A stretch of DNA of 39,381 nt. It comes from Basidioascus undulatus (taxonomy: Eukaryota). The translations under genes were made by a program, and so were the position numbers. The stretch spans positions 1 to 39,381 of the forward strand of contig JTLS01000036.1 in assembly GCA_000826855.1 (NCBI GenBank), read 5' to 3'. Under the pieces are notes generated by a model. That model had not been told where the DNA came from. It did not search any database and was given only the letters and a program-made list of their open reading frames with translations. The stretch's first letter is position 1. Every line of letters begins with the position of its first letter. Shown here in pieces: positions 32,501 through 39,381 of the stretch.

Positions 32501-34889
32501 CTGCGCCTACCGATCGGTTTGTCTGCGTTATCCGTGCCCTCCTTTTCCAGCTGCTCACAAGGAAGGCGCCTCTAGGCGAGCTGTGGAACGGGCCAAGCAC
32601 TATGTCCTCGAGGGCACCGCGCTGCAAGCCAAGTTCGCGACTCGTTTGCTGGCGCATACGCCTGATGGCGATGACGTCCTGCGGGAGATCATCGAGGTGC
32701 GCATTTGCCCTTGACCTGTCGGGAGCGCGTATCGACGGCCGCTGAGTGGTTGGCGTCGCCAGACGATCGCTGAGGGCATCACCGACGCCGAAGGGGACGT
32801 TCTTGCGGCGCGGACGAGCGTCCTCGCCGAGACCGCGAAATCGGCGCGCGAGGTGTTCGAGTCGCAAGCCGAAGTCATCGTGCCCTTCGTCCAAAAGGAC
32901 CTTTTGCACCGTACAGACGAGGTTCGCATCTCGTTCACTCTCAACCCCGTATTCTCGCCATTACTTAAACAACCACGCGCTGCGCAGAAGACCGCGGGCG
33001 AGGAGGAGTGGCTCGAAGATGGCGAGATCGACTCGCTTACGAAAGCGAAGGTTTCCGGGCTCCAAGTCCTGACCGCCCGCGCGCTCGCGCACAAGGACGA
33101 GGAGACCGCGCCCGACACCGCAAAGCCCGTCTCTCAGCTCCTCCTTCGGCTGTTGGAACACGAAGGCGCGTTCGAGGCGGATTCAGGCTGGAGGTACGTC
33201 CATACCTGTTTTTAATACGGCAGCTCGCAGCGTTCACCCTTACGCGATCGTTGCAGCAACGGCGTCCGTACCCGTCTTCGGCTGAAAGCGGGAACCTGCC
33301 TTCTCAAACTCGCGGCGCACCAACCATACGACCGCGAGGTGATTGGCCGCGAGATCAATAAGATCGCACTCGTCGTCCAGGTGAGTTTATTCGGACTTCC
33401 GGGTTTGCCAACCTGCGATCGTTGACATTCATGTGCTGTCGGGTAGGACGAGCTGCCTCAAGTTCGACACGCTTTCGTCACCAAACTCACGCGCTACCTT
33501 TCCATCGGTCGGCTTGGCTACCGCTGGCAAATACTACCATTCGTCGCTGCGAATGACCCCGACAAAGAGATTAAGAATCTTGTGAGGCTTGTGTTTACAA
33601 CCCTGGCTTTTTCATCCTTTCTGATGCCCTCGCGTTCGCATGACGCTCAGGCCCGCTCATACGTCGTCAGCTTGTCGCGGAGAATGCCGCAGCGTTCGTT
33701 GTTTCTTACACCAAGTCAGACTCCCGACTAACTTGGTTTCGCACTCCAGAACAACGACTGGCGGCGTTCGAGCTGGGCTTCCTCCGCTTGCTTCATCTCA
33801 TCGCGCACCATCCCGACTTCGACGCAACTGAACCTGAGGAGGTTCGGATGTCCGCTGCGTAGGCTCCGCGTTCAACCTTCCGCGTCCCTTCAGGTTCGTT
33901 GCTGATACTCCGCACAGCTACATCTACTTCTACCTCGAATGCATCGCCACGCCCGAGAACATCACCCTGCTCTTCCATCTCGCTGGCAAGCTCAAGACCG
34001 TCCGCGACGCCGACTCTCCCGCGATGTCTGAGGTTCGAGATTACGTTGCTGATGGCTGCGCCAGATCCCCATCTTACCATACCTTTTTTCGACAGAACCT
34101 GTACGCCGTCAGCGACCTCGCCCAGCATATCACCAAGGCGGTGGCGAACGCGCGCAAATGGCCGCTCGGATCGTACGCCGGAAGCGTTAAGATGCCATCC
34201 GACATCTTTCGGCAGTTGCCGAGCGCCGAGGCGCAACGCGAGGTGATTCATTGTCGCCGATTTGTCTCTGCAACGAAGCTGACACGCCGTTCATGTGTTC
34301 AGATCCAGAAGCGCAGCTTCCTCAAGAACGACGTTCTCGAAGCGCTGAAGACCTCCAGCAAGCCCAAGCCTGCTCGTTCTTCCCCGAAGGTGCGCTAGGC
34401 GTCAGCCTCAATTACAGCCAGAGGTTGAACTAACTCATCGTCCCTGCTGCAGTGCAAGGCGAAGGCGGATGCTGACGGGGAAAAGCCGACGAAGACGAGG
34501 AAACGACCTGCAGCCAAGTCGCTGTCCAAGTAAGTCTCGCGATCTCAAAAGTCCATGACTCAGGCTCACTTTCGGTTTACATAAGACCACGCCGCAAGAA
34601 GCGCGCCGCCAAGGCCGAATCGTCCGACGAGGACGTGTCCGAGGCGTCTGGCACGGAGGACGAGGACATGGACGCGGAATCGGCTGCGGCGTCGTCGGAG
34701 TCGGAGGAGGCCGAGCTTGACGAGGATGGCGAAGAGAAGCTCGGTCGAGGCGGGAGGCGGAAGGCGGCACGTCGGGCGGCTAAGGCCGTGACGAAGAAGA
34801 AGCGACCGCAACCGAGGCCGGCCGTGAAGTCGAACGGCGCCAAGGCGAAGTCTCCTCCAGCAGATTCCGACGAGATGGATGAGGACTGA
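29525..34889 (+). CDS. PDS5: Sister chromatid cohesion protein Pds5 (HEAT repeats), more than 20 introns
   Basis: KLKFKDKLV, ELLRRLKALHDELAEMDQE, LHKDKAVKALAACGFVDLLRLYAPEAPYT..ELKDIF, VIPQLEAEL, RLMATKTLGEMF, KLIDPDEKVRAA, LLHLIAHHPDF, basic/acidic C-terminal tail. The junctions checked are in frame. Confidence 0.95.
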
Positions 34890-35160
34890 GCGCTTCTTTC
34901 TCTTATTCTGATGTACCCTGCTTGCTGCGTCTGTGTGTTGTTCAAGTAGGCGCTATCGTACGATACCCCTGTTAACTGTTTCGGGTTTGCCACTTGTGCT
35001 TGCGCGTCACCTCGCAGCTCGATAGCTGTAAAGTATCTGTAGCTGTTTGGAGCAGCACTCTGGTTCGTGGCTCGTCTTACACCAATCGTCACGCACAGCT
35101 ATACATCGTAGGGATTCAGGTCAAATTGCCGGCTCTTAAGTCGAGCACATGCCAGAGCGA

Positions 35161-36862
35161 TCACTTCAAACCGGTCTTCTCTTTCGCCTTTTCCTTGACC
35201 TGCTCCGTCGTCTCCTTCGCCTTGTCCTTCCATTCCTCTGCCTTGCCCTTCACCTGTTCCGCAAGTTCCTTGGTTTCCCCCTTCAACTCCTGTGCCTTGC
35301 CCTTGGCCTCCTCCTTCTCTCGCTTCGACCTCTCCAGTAGCTCCTCGACCTTCTGCTTGACCTTCTCCCAAACGCGCTCTTTGGAGTCGCTCCCGTCGAT
35401 CTGCTACAGCGCGTCAGCCAAGCGCGGCTGCACAAGTGCGAGTGTGGCCAATACGCACCTGGATAAGGTTGCCTTTCTTGCGGAAGTGGTCGATCAGCTT
35501 AACCTCTTCCTGGAATGCGGTGAATTGTGCACTGTCAGAGAGATTTTGAATCCGATGGTGTGTTGGGACTGTTCGATACGCACGTCGCCAAACTGTTCGT
35601 GCCCGCGAATGAGATCTTCGATGTTACCGGACGGCATCGACCGGGCCACAGCCTCCTCGATGGGGATCTTTTACCACAGGTCTCTGTCACTACAATGCAA
35701 CCTTCGCGACGCAGTATCGGGACGCACGTCTATAAAAACCAGACCGACAACCGGCGCCACCTGTTTTGTGTGTCAGATCATCGTCCTGCCCCGAGCGCAA
35801 GATAGGATGGGCAAAACCGCACGTCGCTCTCAAATGCGTCCGACTCTTCAACAGTATGCGGCCACGCCTCGATTAAGATGCTGGGCGTGTCGCGCAGCTT
35901 GACTCCGGGGTCGCCGCCGCCGCTGCTGACGGGCGCATCCGCTCCAAGGCGCGGCCAGTTGCCGACGGTGCGGTCGACCTCCTCCTCAGGCTCACGTCCT
36001 GAAGGTGTTGATCGAGCTCAGCGAACGAAGGAACATCGCCAGTGTGTATTCGACTTCACCGTCAGCGTGCGCGAATCCAAAGTTCTCGCACAGACGCCCT
36101 GCGTGGTTGACAAAACGAAAGGGAGCAGAACACTCCGTCAGCTCACAGGCTTTACGGCGAAGCTGCTTGATCGGACGCAGTCCAGTCCAGGCGAAAGAAG
36201 GCGTACAGGCCTGTTCGCTTTTGCCAGACTGCGGTGCACCTATGCAGAGCGGTGAAATATAGGTCGGTGGTCAATGATCCCACGAAACAGTGGAGGAGGC
36301 CGCAACAAATACCTATAAGGAACAAGACGTTGACCTTGTCCTCGGCGTACTTAGGCTTCCCCGACTTGTCAGGAAGGACGACGACCTCCTCATCGACCCT
36401 AAGCGGCACAGCCGCCGCGCCGGGGACAGCCTCAGGCGGCACATCAGGCTTGTCGCCAACGCGGACCCCCTCCGGCAGCGCAGGTTTCCCGTCCTTCCCA
36501 ACAGGCACGTCGACGACCTCCTCCTCCGCACCAAGGGGTACGAACACGGGGCGCCCGTCTTTGTCCCGCGTCATGACGCCCTCGACGGAGAACTCAGTCG
36601 GGATCGCCATCACGCCCTCGACGCCGCCGGCCGAGCGCGGGGCGTCAGCCCGCATGGGCGCCCCGGAAGGAAGGAGCGCAAGCGCGAGAAGCGCCCCGCA
36701 AGCGCCGGCGACGGCGAGGAGGGGCCGCGAAGGCCGGTGTACGAGTGAGTCGCTGGTTTGCCAGGGAAACCGTCGAAATTGGGAGGCGAAGCTGAAGGCC
36801 CGCTGCTGCAAGGCTGGACGAGCAAGGGCGCCGAGCCGATGATGCGTGCGGGAACGAAACAT
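35161..36862 (-). CDS. Degenerate adenylate/UMP-CMP kinase-fold protein with mitochondrial-type presequence, TM segment and LEA-like C-terminal tail (about 8 exons)
   Basis: Spliced reading: KVNVLFLI|GAPQSGKSEQA|WRLCENFGFAHAD|GREPEEE...SILIEAWPHTVEESDAFESD|VAPVVGLVFID|IPIEEAVARSMPSGNIEDLIRGHEQFGD|EEVKLIDHFRKKGNLIQ|IDGSDSKERVWEKVKQKVEELL...KEKAKEKTGLK*. The element order matches the NMP kinase core. Confidence 0.78.
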
Positions 36863-37412
36863 TGTGTGTGCGTGAGTGCGGAGCCGATCGAGATGGATGT
36901 GAGTGGGAATGTCAACAGTTTAATATGAATGATTGGTGGAGAGGGCGATAGATCGTGCGAGAGCATCGCAGAAGCGAGCGAGAGGTCAGGAGGTCAGTCA
37001 TCCATTCAGGCTTCGGTCCTGCCGGAAGCGCCCTCTGAGCGAGCCGCCGACCTGGATTTCGGTCTGATCCATGAGCGTGATGATGCGAGAACTAATGCAA
37101 ATTGCAGGGGCAGGAAAGATGAAGGGGAGGGGAGGGAGAGGGGGGAGATGCGAGGGTAGGAGAGAGGAAGACGCGCGGGGGGAGAGCCGTGAATGTGAGA
37201 GGGACGTGGACCGAGTACCCGGGAGACCTAGATGAGGGAGCACAACGACCGAGAGGAAAAAGACCATGCGACTGCGTAATAAACAAGAGGTACAGTAGAG
37301 ATGCAGACCAAGGGGGAGAATGGAGAGCAGGGCATCCGTACGATGGGCGATGCAGATGAGCGGAGGGAAGAGAATGAACAACAGACAAAAGCATCTCGCA
37401 CCACCATCACCG

Positions 37413-39381
37413 TCATCTGCACTCGTAGCTGCCCGCCTCGTCCGTGCTCCCCTTGCCCTTATACCGCGCCTTCAGCGGGTAAGGGCACCACAGCCTTGTC
37501 CGCTCCGAGCCGTCGACGGGGCCGATCGCCTCGATGCGGTCGGGCGTCTGCCCGTCCTCGACCCACGCGCGGAGAACGTCGAGCCCGAAGAGCAGCGACG
37601 GCGCGTGGTCGAGCCCGTGCGCGGGGCCGCAATGCCCCGTGCACGCGCCGAGGAAGAGGCGGAAGAACTCGGACTGCTCCGAGGCGGACAGGCCGAGGTG
37701 GGATTGGACCGCTTCGTAGTACTCGATTGGCCAGTACGCGGAGAAGTACGAGTCCGCCCAGCCTGCGTGGGGGAGAGAGGGGAGGGGAAGTTCAGCTTGG
37801 AAGAGAAGGAGAGAGAAAGGTAGAATGGCAATGCACCTTGCGTGACGAGCAGCTTCCCGCCCCTCGCCTTGAACGCGGATAGGTCCGGGTCGATCGAGTC
37901 GAGGGGCTCGCCCGCGAGCCTGGCGACGTGCCGGATCTGGCTCGGGGTGAACGTGAACCAGTCCATGCTGAAGTCCAAGTTCTTGTACACGAGGTTCTGG
38001 ACGAACGGCGTCGCGAGCGTGTCGGCGAGCGTGGTCTGCCACAGCCAGCCGGCCTCGCTGCCCTTCGGCAGGCCTGGGTACAGCTGCTGGCCATCCACCT
38101 GCGGGCCCGCGTAAAGCTTCTCGACAGTCGCAATCTGCGTCGGGGAGAGGCACTTGGCCGAGTCGGGCGACTGGTTCGGCGCGCAGAGGAGCGTCTTCAG
38201 CGAGTGCGTGCACGTCGGCGGGTCCTCGAGGAACTTGTCCGCGACCCCGTCCGAGAGCGTGTCGCACGTGGAGAGCACGGAGGAGGTGATCATGTCCAGG
38301 TGCGCTTGCGTGAGCGACGGGTCGGACTGCAGCGTCCGGGCGTTGTACAGCGTCGCGAGGAAGATGTGCGACCAGTAGGCGCCGGGCGAGCCGGCGATGA
38401 TGCCTGGAGGAAGAGAAAGGGGGAGAAACGTAAGGAGAGGAGGCAGCGCGACAAGCATGAAGGAAGACCACCGTCAAAGTCTTCGGGGTATAGTTGTGCA
38501 AGGGCAAGACCTTGGGCGCCGCCGGTCGAGCAGCCTGAGAGAACAAGGCCAGGGGGTGAGTATCCGCTCTAAGCATCCAGCAGCACTTCCCGCCCAGCCC
38601 AACACCCTCCCAACGATCCCTGTGCCCGTCCTCCCTCTGTCCGGGCACTCACCCTGGAAGTAGCTCTTCTTGACGTCCTTGCCGTAGTACTGGCGGATGA
38701 ACTCCTTGCTGACGATCGAGAAGACGTGCACCGAGTGCTTGATCCAGTACAGCGTCTGGCGCTCGTTGCGCAGGAAGGGCACCTTGATGCCCGGGCCAGG
38801 GGCGAAGTTCTTGGGGGACGTATGGCCCGAGTCGGACGAGCCGACCGCGTACCCGCGGAAGACGCCGTAGAACTGGAGGTTGTGCTGGATGAGGCCTGCG
38901 AGACCAGAGTTGCCTATTGCGGGAAAGGGGGTTGAGAGGATAGGAGGAGGAAGGAGGAGGTGGAGTGACGATAGAAAGGAAAGATTAAGACGAACCAGTT
39001 GCGTAGTAATCCCCATTCCACTCATCCGGCAGCCACAGCTCGAACCCGACCTCCACGTCGCGCTCGGCGCGAATGACGCCTTCAACACGGCAGAACGGCT
39101 TGTCGTTGTAGTGCTTGCCGTCGGTGAACGTCTTCTTGGCGTGGTAGGTCGTCGCCGTCACGCGGGTCTCGGGGTACCGCGCGCGGCGGAGGAAGTCGCG
39201 GCAGGCGGCCTTGCCTGGGGGCTGCAGCGGCGCGGTGTCCTCCTGTTCGGGCGGCGGATCGGAGGAAAGGGAGGAGGGGGACTTGTTGTTGTTCAGGGAG
39301 GAGGCGGGGCGGCGACGCGAGGAGGAGAAGGAGGAGTTGGAGTAGGAGGAAGGAGGAGGTGGAGTGACGATAGAAAGGAAA
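37413..39381 (-). CDS. Tannase / feruloyl esterase family hydrolase, 5' end truncated by the window edge
   Basis: FCRVEG, FELWLPDEWNG, GNSGLAG, GYAVGSSDSGH, SYFQ|GCSTGG, YPEDFD|GIIAGSP, DLSAFKARGGKLL, GWAD, FFRLF..TGHCG, RTRLWCPYP. The CS-D-HC catalytic arrangement is intact. Confidence 0.93.
38945..39381. repeat. Exact 38-bp direct repeat (38945-38982 and 39344-39381)
   Basis: aggaggaaggaggaggtggagtgacgatagaaaggaaa occurs inside a tannase intron and again as the last 38 nt of the window. Confidence 0.9.

Noticed and set aside
34994..35902. 302-aa plus-strand ORF
   Set aside because: Antisense to the spliced kinase-fold gene, runs through its introns, and starts at a non-ATG codon.

Overview
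This is eukaryotic, intron-rich fungal DNA. Introns are mostly about 50-110 nt with GTGCGY/GTACGY/GTGAGY donors and CTRAC branch points, which is consistent with a basidiomycete (Pucciniomycotina-like; inferred from splice signals and gene style only). Apparently intact genes: a secreted His/Lys- and Gly-rich protein, a hypothetical protein, an ICln/Lot5 (Voldacs) protein, UBC6, an intron-containing tRNA-Asp(GTC), a La-motif RNA-binding protein (LARP1/Sro9-like), an Iks1-like kinase, an S1/P1 nuclease, PDS5, a highly degenerate adenylate/UMP-CMP kinase-fold protein with an LEA-like tail, and a 5'-truncated tannase/feruloyl esterase. At least six decayed accessory genes lie between them: two F-box-like genes, a GNAT, a paralogue of the Gly-rich secreted protein, and a divergent pair of N-carbamoyl-amino-acid hydrolase plus diaminopropionate ammonia-lyase. 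The most interesting observations are (1) that divergent pair, a possible ureido-alanine (albizziine) catabolic mini-cluster with both genes broken; (2) a dual-coding last intron in ICln that switches the C-terminus between a PY-NLS-like end and the canonical helix plus acidic tail; (3) the probable pseudo-NMP-kinase with LEA-like repeats; and (4) a secreted low-complexity family with dibasic sites and alveolin-like VEK repeats. All gene models were built by eye and no database searches were run.
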